From an uncultured phage cr114_1: a stretch of DNA of 40,000 bases. Positions within the stretch are counted from its first letter, which is position 1, and every line of letters starts with the position of its first letter. Below are positions 27,045 through 38,781 of the stretch, one piece after another. The translations under genes were made by a program, and so were the position numbers. The stretch lies in the sequence record NC_055897.1; one strand, 5' to 3'. The notes under the pieces are model-generated. The model did no database searches, had not been told where the DNA came from, and saw only the letters and a program-made list of their open reading frames with translations.

Positions 27045-28238
27045 ATGGAAAATAAGAACACATTAAATGGATTTGAGGCAATTCTAGGTGGTCTCGTTCC
27101 TAATGTAGGTACTAATAAGAATAACGATATTGACAACGATCTTAATGATATAGTTTCAGAAGAGTTGACAGATGAGGAATTGGAGGCTTTGAGAAATCCT
27201 AAGAAAGGTAAAAAGGTTGAAAAGGAAGAAATTGAAGAAGACGATGAAACAGAAGATGTGGATGATGCAGAAGAGGAGGAAGAGCCTATTGAAACTAAAC
27301 CTAAGAAAAATAAGAAAAAGCCTGAATCTAAAGTTGATGAAGACGATAACACAGAAGAAGTCGAAGATAATGACACTTCAGATGATAACAAGTCAGAAGA
27401 AGTAATAGTTAACTTCTTTGATTCATTGTCAGAACAACTCGGTTGGGACGATGTTGATGATGAAGAGAAACCTAAGACTGCTGAAGACCTTATTGAATAC
27501 TTTAGAGATGTAATTGAAGAAAACTCTGTTCCAAACTACGCTAGTGAGGAAGTAGAGAAACTTGATGAATTTGTACGTAATGGAGGCAATCTTAAAGACT
27601 ATTTTAGTATTGATGCTGATCTTGATCTTGACAATATCGATGTGGAAGATAACGAAATAAATCAAAAGCTTATAGTTAAGGAGTTTTTGAAAGAAAAAGG
27701 GTTCTCTACTAAACAAATTGAAAAGAAGATTACCAAGTATGAAGATGCTGGTATTCTTGAAGATGAGGCTACAGATGCTTTAGAGGCTCTTAGAGACATT
27801 AAAGCTGAGAGGAAGGAAAAGCTATTAGAGCAGCAACAAAAGTAGGCTAGAGAGGCTGAAAAGCAGCAACAGGAGTTCTTTTAGAACGTTGTCTCTGAAA
27901 TAAAAGGCATGAATAGCATTTATGGTATTGATATTCCTGAAAAAGACAAGCGCGCCTTGCTAGAATATATATTTAAACCAGATGCTAATGGCGTTACTAA
28001 ATATTAGAAAGACTACGCTAAAAGCCTTAAGAATCTTATTACTTCTGCTTACTTTACAATGAAAGGTGATAGTTTGATTACTATTGCTAAACAGAAGGGT
28101 AGAAAAGACGCATTAGATAACTTTAAAAATAGCCTGAGAGGTAATGGAGTATCTAAGAAGTCTAAGAAACAAATAATAAACAATGATAGTACCTCAACTA
28201 TTTGGGATACTTTTGCACGACAACTACGTGCCGCATAA
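27045..28238 (+). CDS. acidic scaffold-like protein preceding the major capsid gene (TAG-recoded)
   Basis: 397 aa to TAA 28236-28238; 3 in-frame TAGs; very acidic N-terminal half; position between portal and MCP. Confidence 0.7.
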
Positions 28239-28276
28239 TAAAAAATTTAACAATAAATTAATTTACTAGTATTTTT

Positions 28277-29740
28277 ATGGATAACAGTATTCTTAACAAT
28301 CTGCAACTATACAAAGGTAAGTGGTTTTCAGACCTGATTGATACTGCGAAGATTTCAGTAGCTTCACAGTAGAATCCTTATCAGGTATCTACCATCCTGT
28401 CTTATGTATTTGGTACTAAAGATAGTGGCTATAGCACTTCTTTGGATATGTTGACAGGTGGTCTTGGCAACGTTATGACGATTGATCAGCCTTCTTTTGA
28501 ATGGTCTGTAATGATCGACGCTGACCGTGCCGTAACAATTAGAGACGCTAAATGGAATGGCGCAGCTATTACTTCTACTTCTACTGCAGGTTTGGGTAAC
28601 ACACCTATTATGTTGTGGTTGGAAGATAACTGGTTTGGTCCTGGTGCTATTCTGGAGTTTGATAACAAAGAGTTCCAAGTACGTGTAGCCGGTGCACCGT
28701 ATCAAGATGGTAATCTGTGGGTTTATACTTGCTTTGTAGCTGACGGTCAGCCTTCTTCTTATATTCCTGCTGAATATCTGGAAGCAGGTAAGCAGGTATC
28801 TCGTCTTGCTTCTGCATACGAAGAGTACAGTGAAGAGGGTGATATCTTGAACTACAACACTCACTTCAAGATGCGTAACTACTTAACTACCATTCGTATC
28901 AACTATGATATCACTGGTTCTGCTTATTCTACAGTAATGGCTATTGCACTGAAAGATCCTGCAACTGGTAAGACTTCTTACTTGTGGGCTGATTATCAGG
29001 AATGGAAAGCTTTACGTGAATGGTATAAGAGATGTGAACGTATGTTGGTTTACATGAAAACCAATGTTAACAAAGACGGTTCTTGTAATCTGAAGGGTAC
29101 TAATGGTCGTCCTGTATTTATCGGTGCTGGTTTGCTCGAACAGATTGCTCCGTCTAATAGACGTTATTACACTAAACTGACTGGTGAAATGTTGGAAGAC
29201 TTCTTGTTTGACCTGTCTTACAACTGTCTGGGTACTAACGAACGTAAGTTTGTTGCTTTGACTGGTGAAATGGGTATGCGTGAATTCGACCGTATCTTGA
29301 AAGAAAAGGTAGCTACTATGAACTTGACTGATACAGTGTTTGTAACTGGTTCTGGTGATAACCTTACTTTTGGTGGTCAGTTCAAGACTTACAAGATGAC
29401 TAATGGCATCGAGTTGACATTGAAATATTTCCCGTTGTATGATGATACGGTTTATAATCGTGAATTGCATCCGATTACATTGAAACCGAAAGAATCTTAT
29501 CGTATGACCTTCTTGGATCTTGGTCGTCGTGATGGTGAAGCCAATATCGTTAAGGTAGTTCGTAAGGATCGTGAGTTCGTTACTTGGTATACTGGTGGTG
29601 CTGTTGCTCCGTCTGGTTATGCTAAGAGCAAAGATACTCTGAGATCTAACGGTAAGGATGGTTACACTGTATTCTTCCTTGGAGAAATGGGAATAATGCT
29701 CCGCGACCCCAGAGCCTGCGGAGAATTGATTTTGGAGTAA
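28277..29740 (+). CDS. major capsid protein (TAG-recoded)
   Basis: 487 aa from ATG 28277 through one TAG (codon 32); 'PYQVSTILSYVFGTKDSGYSTSLDMLTGGLGNVMTIDQPSFEW...', crAss-like MCP-type sequence and position. Confidence 0.88.
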
Positions 29741-29817
29741 AAAATCAACGCGATTGAGCAACTTTTTATAATTTCCTGCGTTATAGTATATATAATAACC
29801 AAAAATATACTATAACA

Positions 29818-30637
29818 ATGGAAAATATATACAATATTTATAAAGTAACAGATAGAACTAACAATAAAGTCTACATAGGTCAAACTAAAAAGAGACATAT
29901 ATAAGAGATTTGCAGAGCATATAAACAAAGCGTTAAGCTCTAAAAGAAAAAACGATAGAGTGCTAGCTTTTTATATAGCTATAAACAATCACAAACCGGA
30001 AAACTTTTACGTAGAACTCTTAGAAAAAGTAAGTGGTACGCCTAAAGAAGTAGACGCTAGAGAGATATATTGGATAAGACAGTATAATTCTACTAATCCT
30101 GATAAGGGATACAACTTAGATGAAGGAGGACACATCATATCAGAAGCTTGCCGAAAAGCAGCAGAAAAACATCTATTTAAAGCAGGAGACAAACTAGAAG
30201 GAAAACTTTTAGAAAATGCTCGTAATAATGGATACAAAATAGCAAAAAAAGTACTTCAATTTAGTAAGGATGGAAGATTAATAAACGAATATCCTAGTAT
30301 TATTGAAGCTTCTAGAGCTACAGGATGTGATCGAAGAAGTATACAACGGCAATTGAATAACGATGGAGGTTTAACTCCTAGAGCTTATAGTAATTTAAAA
30401 TACTTTTGGGCATATCCAGAAGACACAGAAACGAATTTTGTATACTATCAACCTAAATGGGATACAGAGTTGAAAAGAGTAACAAAAGAATTGCATTTAT
30501 TTGATACTGAAGAAGATATGCTTAATTATATAAGTTCGTTGTCAGTACAACCGGTTAACTTAAGTAAATATACTGAGAAGTTAACAGTTAGTTCTAAATT
30601 GTTAGACTACTTTTGTAAATATGACATTGTACAATAA
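29818..30637 (+). pseudogene. GIY-YIG homing endonuclease split by a +1 frameshift
   Basis: 29818 frame: MENIYNIYKVTDRTNNKVYIGQTKKRHI*. The next frame continues '..DIYKRFAEHINKALSSKRKNDRVLAFYIAINNHKPENFYVELLEKVSGTPKEVDAREIYWIRQYNSTNPDKGYNLDEGG...'. Frame break near 29890-29895. Confidence 0.8.
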
Positions 30638-30662
30638 CAGGATAAATCTAATACAAAGTATT

Positions 30663-31415
30663 ATGGAAGTAATCGTTAGAATAGTTAAAGTAAATCCTTG
30701 GACTGGACTTACAAAATGGCCTACAACATTTGACTATGTAGGACCCTACTGGACTAGATCTGGTAATATCTATACTGGCTTGAGCGAATAGGATGCTCGT
30801 AGATTGGAAAAAGCCTTAAACAAAGAAGAAGGGGAATTGTCACCAAGTAGTGACTTTTGGACTACCTTCGCAGTACAACTCGGTAAAAGAGATTTAATTC
30901 TCAATACTGAAAGGCCACTGGATGAATTACAATACTTATTCTTAAAAGGTCATAAGAGAGTAGCTGACGGATTAGCTAATATGAATCCTTCTAAGGACTA
31001 TGTGTTGATTAATAAAGATGCAGAAGCTGAACAGACTAATAGAGTCAATAAAGTTAAACGTGAAGCATATAGAGAACTTGATAAGATGTCTATCGAAGAT
31101 ATGCGCAAGTGCTTACGTCTCTATGGTATGAAGTCTGATACTATGTCTAATGAATTAGTAGAGGCTAAACTTACAGAACAAGTAGAATCAGCTCCTGAGA
31201 AATTTATGCTTAAATGGGTTAATAATCCTAATAAGGAAATTAACTTTGTTATTGAAGAAGCTATTGCTAAAAATATCATTCGTAAGAATAGAACACAATA
31301 TTTCTTTGGTACAGATCTGATTGGTAATGGCATTGATGATGTGATTGTTTATTTACAAGACAAGAAGAATCAAGATATCAAATTAGCCATAATGAACGAA
31401 ATTAAATCTAAATAA
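30663..31415 (+). CDS. virion/head-completion-type hypothetical protein (TAG-recoded)
   Basis: 250 aa, 1 in-frame TAG before the tracked ORF start at 30804, TAA. Confidence 0.8.
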
Positions 31416-32110
31416 TGAAAATATCTGATTTACATAAGGCATTCAAAGTTCTAATGGATAAGAATTCAGAGGCAGTCGCTTTCGGCGGCTGTCCTGCATT
31501 TCTTCCAGAAGAAATTGATCTGTTTCTTAATTAGGCATATATAGAAGTAATATGTAATAAATATACTGGAAATAATACAATGCAAGTTGGATTTGAAGGT
31601 GCTGTAAAACGTATTGCTGATCTATAGAAACTGATTAAGACAGATTCTGCTTAGAATTTAGTATATCCGTATGCTAGTTCTAATGTGCTTACTTTATCTA
31701 ATTTCTTTAAAGACGGAGAAGAGCTTAAGAGAATGTTCTATGTAGATTGTGTACTCCACTATGATAATGAAGTATCAACTTGTATACTAATAGATCACGA
31801 CAAAGCTGGCAAGTTCTTATAGACGTATAATAATCTACCTTGGATAGATACTCCTGTAGCTGTATTAGAAGATAATACTTTAAAGATATATATAGATCCT
31901 ATTAGAATGGAGGCAGAAGAATATACTGCTGATATTACTTATGTTAAGTACCCTGAATTGATACAACATACAGATTATAATAGGAATATTACAGAAGTAC
32001 CAGATTATATTCTTAATGAAGTAGTTAATAGAGCAGTAGTAATAGCTTTAGAGAATATTGAATCTAATCGAGCTTAGACTAAATTACAGATAAACAGTTT
32101 AGAAGAATAA
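31415..32110 (+). CDS. hypothetical virion-module protein (TAG-recoded)
   Basis: ATG 31415 to TAA 32108-32110, 5 in-frame TAGs; absent from the ORF track. Confidence 0.75.
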
Positions 32111-32129
32111 TAAAATATAAGAATAAGAT

Positions 32130-32867
32130 ATGAATAGCAGAGCAATGCAAATTGAGTTTGAAAGACGGATTACACTTATGAATCCGAATTTTGAATTGGC
32201 AGAAAAACTAACATCTGATACAATTTTCTCTTTTCTGAATGCATATACAGAACGTTATGTACGTCTGAATTATTTGCAAGAAGATGCAGTACAGGATGGT
32301 ACTAGAGCTCAAAAGAAGAATGCAGATGCTTTAAAAGGTCTTATTACTAGAGGTCTGTATGCAGTTGAAGCTAAGGATGAAAATAATACAGATAAGACTA
32401 GCGATAGAGTATCTTTACCTTCTGATTACTTCTTATATATACGTTCTAATAGTTTAATATCTAAGAACTATAAGATAGAGGAAGAGATCTAGAACGAACA
32501 AGATTATGTAGTAACTTCTAATAAAACTATTAGAGAAGATGACGTTGAAAAAGTAATATCTACATACTATAACAAAGCTATTGTATTAAATCCATACGTA
32601 GTATTGAATGCGGGTAATAATGCAGATGAGGAAAAGAAACTTTATCTAAATGTCATTCATGATGAGTATACTACTATAAAGAAAGTAGATTTAGTATATT
32701 ATCGTAAGCCTAAGAAATTTGACGTAATTGGAGTAGATGGAGTAAACGTATTAGATCACTGCGAACTTCCTGAAAACGTGCATATGGAGATCGTAGAAGG
32801 AGCAGTAGAGATGTTTATCACTGAAGCTAAGTATAGGTTAAATATGAAACCTGAAGATAATAAATAA
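32130..32867 (+). CDS. hypothetical virion-module protein (TAG-recoded)
   Basis: 245 aa, 1 in-frame TAG (32490) joining two tracked ORFs, TAA. Confidence 0.8.
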
Positions 32868-32869
32868 TT

Positions 32870-33589
32870 ATGAAGAATATTGAATTACTTGAGTCTTTTG
32901 AATTAGAGCTTAATAAGTTAGATGATAACTTTACTAAGCCTACTACAAATACAACTGAGTATTTCTTGAATGCAGGTTTAGATAAATTCTGGAAGACAAG
33001 ATATTCTTAGAATAACCCTAAGGTTAAAGGATTTGAATAGATTCAGAAAAGAATTGATGACCTACGTACTTTGGTTGCTGAAGTTACTTTAGTTCCAGAT
33101 ACTACTTCTAAGGATTTATATACAGTAACTATACCAGAAGATTACGTAATACTTTTAGGTGACACTGCCGGAATATCTCCAGCTGATGGATATACAGATC
33201 CCTGCTGGGAATTAGACAGTGATGGAAACTATGTAATTCATTACTCAGATGTATTAGAAGGTAGTATAGAAACTATTGACAGAATCAAGGAAAATTCTTT
33301 ATCAGAGTATCATTTAAGATATACTAAAGCAAAACCAATTCGTCTATTATCGGGAAACGAAATTAAACTATATACTGATGGAAAATATAAAGTAAGTAAG
33401 TATATATTGCATTACTTAAGAAAACCACATTATATAGATATACACACTGAACCCTTTAAAGAATATACGGATATGCCTGAACATACACATCTAGAGATTG
33501 TTAAGTTAGCAGCTCAGTTGTATATTGAAAATCAAGCAAATCCTCGTTATAACTCCTATACTTAGGAAGTAGTTCCTAACATGGAGTAA
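32870..33589 (+). CDS. hypothetical virion-module protein (TAG-recoded)
   Basis: 239 aa, 3 in-frame TAGs, TAA 33587-33589. Confidence 0.8.
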
Positions 33590-33596
33590 ACCAAAT

Positions 33597-33658
33597 AGCG
33601 CTTAGAACGTGGAAACCTGCAATAAGGGAGTAGAACTAAGCGTCTTAGACTAAGCGCT
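33597..33658 (+). promoter_or_regulatory. structured leader upstream of 33691 gene
   Basis: AGCGCTTAG (33597-33605) / CTAAGCGCT (33650-33658) perfect 9-bp stem; an extra CTAAGCG copy at 33636-33642 could compete. Confidence 0.4.
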
Positions 33659-33690
33659 TAATATGTCTAATTTAAAATAAAAAAACTAAT

Positions 33691-34665
33691 ATGTTACAAA
33701 GTGTACATTCCGTATTGATCGGAAAAACTTGTCCTGCATCTTATACTACAGCTGATGCTCTTGCTGCAGGTGACGTAGCTTTATTTAACGAAAATAAAGC
33801 TTTGATTAAAACTGCTGCTGAAGCTGCTACTGCTAGTTCTCTTTACGTAGGTGTAGCTGGTTCTAAAATCAATGTTACTATGCCTGATGGTTCTGTAGCT
33901 CAGAAGGCAAATATTGACTTCTCTAATGAGATCAAGAAAAACTCTAAACCGTCTGCAGTAATTGGTGAATATGTAGCTCCTGCAGAAGAGAAGATCGTTA
34001 TTACTTTGACTGATGCTACTATCGTTGCAGGTAATCGTTACGTATTACGTATTGTTTACAAAGATATGTACGAAGCTGCTTGGCAGTTTACTCATACTTA
34101 TGAAGTATATGCTGAATCTGCAACTGCTGCTGACTTAGCTGCTGCTATCGTAAAGAAAATCAATGCTCATAAAAATCGTCGTGTACAGGCTACTGTATCT
34201 TCTGCAGTTATTACATTGACTGCTATGCCGAAAGATGACAACGAAGGTGTTGATTCTTTGAACGAATATAGCGTTGTAACTATGGAAGCTTCATTGTATG
34301 AAACTATTCCGGGTGCTCTGCTTGCTAATCAGCCTAAAGCTGTTGCTGGTGCTACTATCGCTAAGACTGTAGGTAATCCTGGTAAGGGCTACTGGAAACA
34401 AGTACGTGATGCAGAAGTACGTAATATGGGTTACAAAGGCCACGTATTTACTGGTGCTTATCCTAGCGTAGAACAAACTCGTAAGGTAGTTGAAGGTGCT
34501 GAATATGACTACGCTATCATTGAAAATGATAACCTGTATTTGAGCAATGACAACCAGTATATTAAGACTACTCCGTTGACTACGGAAGTTTATTGTCCTA
34601 GCTTGGTTGACTCTATCGTAGACAAGGGTATCCAATCATTTATTTCTGGTGCAGAAGTAAAATAA
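33691..34665 (+). CDS. probable abundant structural protein
   Basis: 324 aa, no TAG, Ala/Thr/Val-rich, own terminator. Confidence 0.75.
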   Translation: MLQSVHSVLIGKTCPASYTTADALAAGDVALFNENKALIKTAAEAATASSLYVGVAGSKINVTMPDGSVAQKANIDFSNEIKKNSKPSAVIGEYVAPAEEKIVITLTDATIVAGNRYVLRIVYKDMYEAAWQFTHTYEVYAESATAADLAAAIVKKINAHKNRRVQATVSSAVITLTAMPKDDNEGVDSLNEYSVVTMEASLYETIPGALLANQPKAVAGATIAKTVGNPGKGYWKQVRDAEVRNMGYKGHVFTGAYPSVEQTRKVVEGAEYDYAIIENDNLYLSNDNQYIKTTPLTTEVYCPSLVDSIVDKGIQSFISGAEVK

Positions 34666-34693
34666 TAAATATTATTTCAGTGTGCTGATAAAG

Positions 34694-34727
34694 GGCTATG
34701 GGGCTAAATAGCCCTGTAGCCTTTTTT
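34694..34727 (+). terminator. rho-independent terminator
   Basis: GGCTA-TG-GGGC-TAAATA-GCCC-TG-TAGCC-TTTTTT. Confidence 0.9.
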
Positions 34728-34742
34728 ATTTAAAATAATATC

Positions 34743-35360
34743 ATGAAAATAATCGGAATAAATATAGAGAATGGTATTCTATCAATAAACCTAGATACTA
34801 AATTACCTGAGACAGTATAGGAGGATTTGTATCTGTATATAGACACACTGGATAACTATTCTAATCGCAATTCAGCTATACCTAGCGATCATTCTTACTC
34901 TGTTTTACTAATGAATGAAGAAGGTGATCAGGTAGAATTAACAGAAGGAAGAAGTATTATCTATTTAGATATAGATAGCTTTGATCCAAAAATGGTGCTT
35001 AACACATTTACTGTTACTATAGAAGATAGTGTAGCTTTTTATTATGATACAGAAGAACTGTATTATAAGCAAATAGACCTATTGTGTAATCATTGTAGTA
35101 CTTGTTTGGATGATCAATAGAAAGATCGTATTATGTTATTTATGCTTAAATATAATTTATTACAGTATGCAGTAGAACATGATATAATTGATGATCAAGT
35201 TTAGTACTATAAAGATATAGCTAGAATGTTGAATATAAATACTAACCATTCTGTATTTAATGATGGTCATTATGACTGTAGTAAATGTTGTAAGAGTGGA
35301 AATAAAACTTTTTGTACTAGTTGTTGTAATTGTAAAAATGGAGTTTGTTCACTATGCTAA
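34743..35360 (+). CDS. virion-module protein with C-terminal Cys-rich cluster (TAG-recoded)
   Basis: 205 aa, 3 in-frame TAGs; 'CNHCSTCLDD' and C-terminal 'CSKCCKSGNKTFCTSCCNCKNGVCSLC'. Confidence 0.78.
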
Positions 35361-35665
35361 CTAAAGAGATATACAAGATAGAAGCTAGCAAGAATCTACT
35401 TACTAAGTATAACATAGAGTACGATAAGTGTGACATTAAGAGTATAATATGTGCTACCTATATAGCTAATTTGATAGATGGGGATTACCCATTAACTCAA
35501 GTGCAAGTAGACAAACTAAAGTAGATTATCAATTGTCTAGTACAACCTAGTAGATATTGGGATGGTAACGATCAAGAAATAATACATCCCCTATTGCTAG
35601 AAAGAGAATTAATTACTAATTTTGGCATTGCCACTATTAATGACGAACTTATAATTTGTGAATAA
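35354..35665 (+). CDS. hypothetical protein (TAG-recoded)
   Basis: 103 aa, 1 in-frame TAG; overlaps both neighbours by a few nt. Confidence 0.7.
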
Positions 35666-38472
35666 TGACTACAGAAGAATTAGAAAGATAGGTAAGGAAG
35701 AATACTATAGCTATTAAGACTGTGTCAGATAGCCTTGTAAACTATGTGCAAAATTAGTAGTTAACTAGTACTAATAAGGTTACAGCAGCTAATACTTCAG
35801 ATATAGACAAACTGAAGAATGATCTCAATTCTATACAAACATAGATTAACTTGTAGAATAGAATTGAGTTAATGAAAGATACTAATATAGTAGATCCTAC
35901 TAAGCTGGACTTATTGCAGTATGATGGAGATAGATGGTCTAATATAGCAGCTAGCAAAGTAGTAACAGGCTTACTTGGTAGATTAACAGACTTGCAAGAC
36001 GTAGAGATAAAGAACTTACGTAATGATAATGCTCTTGCATGGGATAGCGAACTATAGAAATGGACAAACAAGAATCTGAATACTGAACTGTATGATGACA
36101 TATATATAAGTAAAATTAAACCTGATTCTACTCCTTATGAAGTATGGTTTAAAGACTCTGCTATTTTTGGTCAAGAAGGATTTGCTTCAGGTCTTACTGG
36201 TTTTGGTGGTAAGATTGATAAGTTTGGTCATGCTGAATTTGATAGTCTTACTTTACGTAGATTCCTAGAAGTACCAGAGTTACGTTACAATCGTGTAGAG
36301 ATTCAATTAGGAGATAAATGGAATGCCCCTGGTGCAGGTGTAATTGAAAGTGTTGAAGAATTAGATCAATATACTGGTCTTATTACTTTAAAGCTGGAAG
36401 AAGGTGAATATGGAGCAGTATCTGTAGGAGACCTTTGTATGGGTATATTCCATTCTGAAAGAACTCAAGAGAATGCTGAATAGGATGAAGACGATGGTAA
36501 GGGTAATAGGAAGTTTGCCGGTTTCTATACTGTATACTTTGAAGTTACAAATATACTTGATAGTTAGAATAAAAAGTTTGGTTATAGACTTAGACCTGTA
36601 GACGAATACTGGAATATGACGTTCCATCCTTGTGCCCAGATGAACTTCGTAGCATACGGTAATAAAACTAATGTAGATCGTCAGACATCTTGTTATTCAA
36701 CTCGTACTTATACACGTTACTTAGTAAAACAAAATACATGGGATCACAAGGCTAAGAATATAGCTATGTAGTTTGGTGATCTTAGTAATTTGAATATATT
36801 TGGCTATGAAATGACTGGTTATTCAGCGTATCTTAACTCAGTATATTTCACTGGTACTATTACTCAAGTAAAGCCAAATGGGGATGAAGTAAGAGTAGCA
36901 AATGATTGTGGTGCATGGGAACCAGATACTCATTATGATTATTATGATAGAGTAAGTGTAGAGGGTTACTTGTGGTTATGTATCAATCCTAATGGAGCAG
37001 ATGACAAACCTAGTAGTTCTAGTACTAACTGGTTGGAATAGGTATCTAAAGGTGATAAAGGTGAAATATCTTATTTCCATATCAAATACTCACCTGTAGA
37101 AAATCCTACAGCTAGTCAAATGACTGAAACTCCGGATGTATACATTGGTACTTATGTAGACTTTAACTATGCAGATAGTAATAATCCTGCAGATTATACT
37201 TGGGCTAGATTCCAAGGTGTACAGGGTGAAAAAGGAGAGCAAGGTATACCAGGTATAGGTATAGACGGTAAGACTTATTATCTACATATAAAATATTCTA
37301 ACGATGGTGGTCGTACATTTACAGGTAATAATGGTGAGGATCCTGGTGATTGGTTAGGCCTACTTACTGACTTAAATGTTAACGATAGTACTAATCCGGC
37401 TGACTATAAATGGAGTAAGACTAAGGGAGAACAAGGGGATTAGGGTATTCCTGGTTCTAATGGATCTGATGGAGCTGATGGTTTAATTATTCGTAGATCA
37501 GAATGGAAACCTAACAGAGAATATCGTAATGATCAAGACGTTCCTCAATCAGTATCTAAGATACGTTATTTAGATATTGTACTTGTAAGAGACTTTGGTG
37601 CAGCTACTGGTTATAAAGTATACAAATGTATATATACTGTCGCTCCACATATATCTAGTGATAGTAATGCTCCTGGTACTTCTGGTGGAGCTGCTTATTG
37701 GGAAGAATTTACTACTAATGTAGAAAGTATCTATACAGATTTAATTATCGCTAAAGATGCTAAATTAGACTTTGTAAGTGGTAATGCAGTCAGAGTAGGA
37801 TATGAATCTGGTACTAATAACTTTACAGTAGTAGCTGGTATTACTGGAGCAGGTGGTAATAATGGATCTGCAATTAGAATATGGGCTGGTGCTACTGAGG
37901 AGAATAGAGGAAATGCTCCGTTTAGAGTTACATAGGATGGTAAGTTATACGCTAGAGATGCGTACATTGAAGGTACTGTCTATGCTACAAGTGGATCTTT
38001 TACTGGTACTATTTACGCTACTGATGGCGAATTTAATGGTAATATTTCTAGTAATAAAGAAGGTACACGTATATTGATATCTTCTTAGGATAGAAATATA
38101 AGTATGATTAGAAACAATGCTACAGTATTTGAAGTAAAATCTGATTACACAGGTTCAGGAGCAAGATTAGATATCCATAGTACCGCTAGTGGTGAATATC
38201 TCTCTATGAATAATGCTAGCATTACTATAGAAGACGGAACAGGTAATAACGCGAATAGAACATATATTAACACCGGTTCTATTGCAATTAGTAGTAGCCA
38301 TGACCAGAATTAGTTAAATTTAACAACTAGTAAACTTGTTTTTATTGACAGTGATTATAAGCGGTATGAAGGATACACTGGTGAGGTAAGAGCATTAAGG
38401 AGAGACGCTATTAATACTAAAGATATATATCTACGCTTTAGAGGTGGTATATTATATGAGGTTAGTTTATAA
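35665..38472 (+). CDS. large fibre/appendage protein with collagen-like repeats (TAG-recoded)
   Basis: One frame ATG 35665 to TAA 38470-38472 (935 aa), 14 in-frame TAGs including tandem TAG TAG; 'GEKGEQGIPGIGIDGKTYYLHIKYS' and 'GEQGD[TAG]GIPGSNGSDGADG'; beta-rich C-terminus. Confidence 0.85.
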
Positions 38473-38487
38473 TTTACATAAATAATT

Positions 38488-38781
38488 ATGAAAATAAATT
38501 TTGCACAACTGGAAGTATATACAGATATTAAGAAAACTAACAAAGTCTGTATTGATGTTAGAGAACAAATAGGTGAAATGATATATGAAGTAGGTAGTGG
38601 TATTAAAGACCATGCTTTAGCATTCAAAATCTACAATTCAGATAATGAAGTAGAACTTACATCTGAAGAAGTAGAAGTACTGAATAAGTATGTAAGTCAA
38701 TACTGCAAGCCTGCCTTTATCCAAGCTTTTCTCGAAGCAACTAAGGAAGTAGAAGAACTTAAAGACGACGAATCGAAATGA
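38488..38781 (+). CDS. hypothetical protein
   Basis: 97 aa, TGA stop, no TAG. Confidence 0.7.
   Translation: MKINFAQLEVYTDIKKTNKVCIDVREQIGEMIYEVGSGIKDHALAFKIYNSDNEVELTSEEVEVLNKYVSQYCKPAFIQAFLEATKEVEELKDDESK

Noticed and set aside
27029-27391. - strand Ser-rich ORF MLSSEVSLSSTSSVLSS...
   Set aside because: Antisense of the acidic Glu/Asp/Lys region of the scaffold-like gene; low-complexity artefact.
28277-29740. Possibility that the GIY-YIG gene interrupts the capsid gene
   Set aside because: The MCP frame reaches a TAA with a plausible C-terminus and I see no MCP-like continuation after the HEG; it appears intergenic.
28364-29761. Two long - strand ORFs antisense to the capsid gene (166 and 249 aa)
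   Set aside because: The opposite frame of a strongly coding, codon-biased MCP gene; no recognisable domains.
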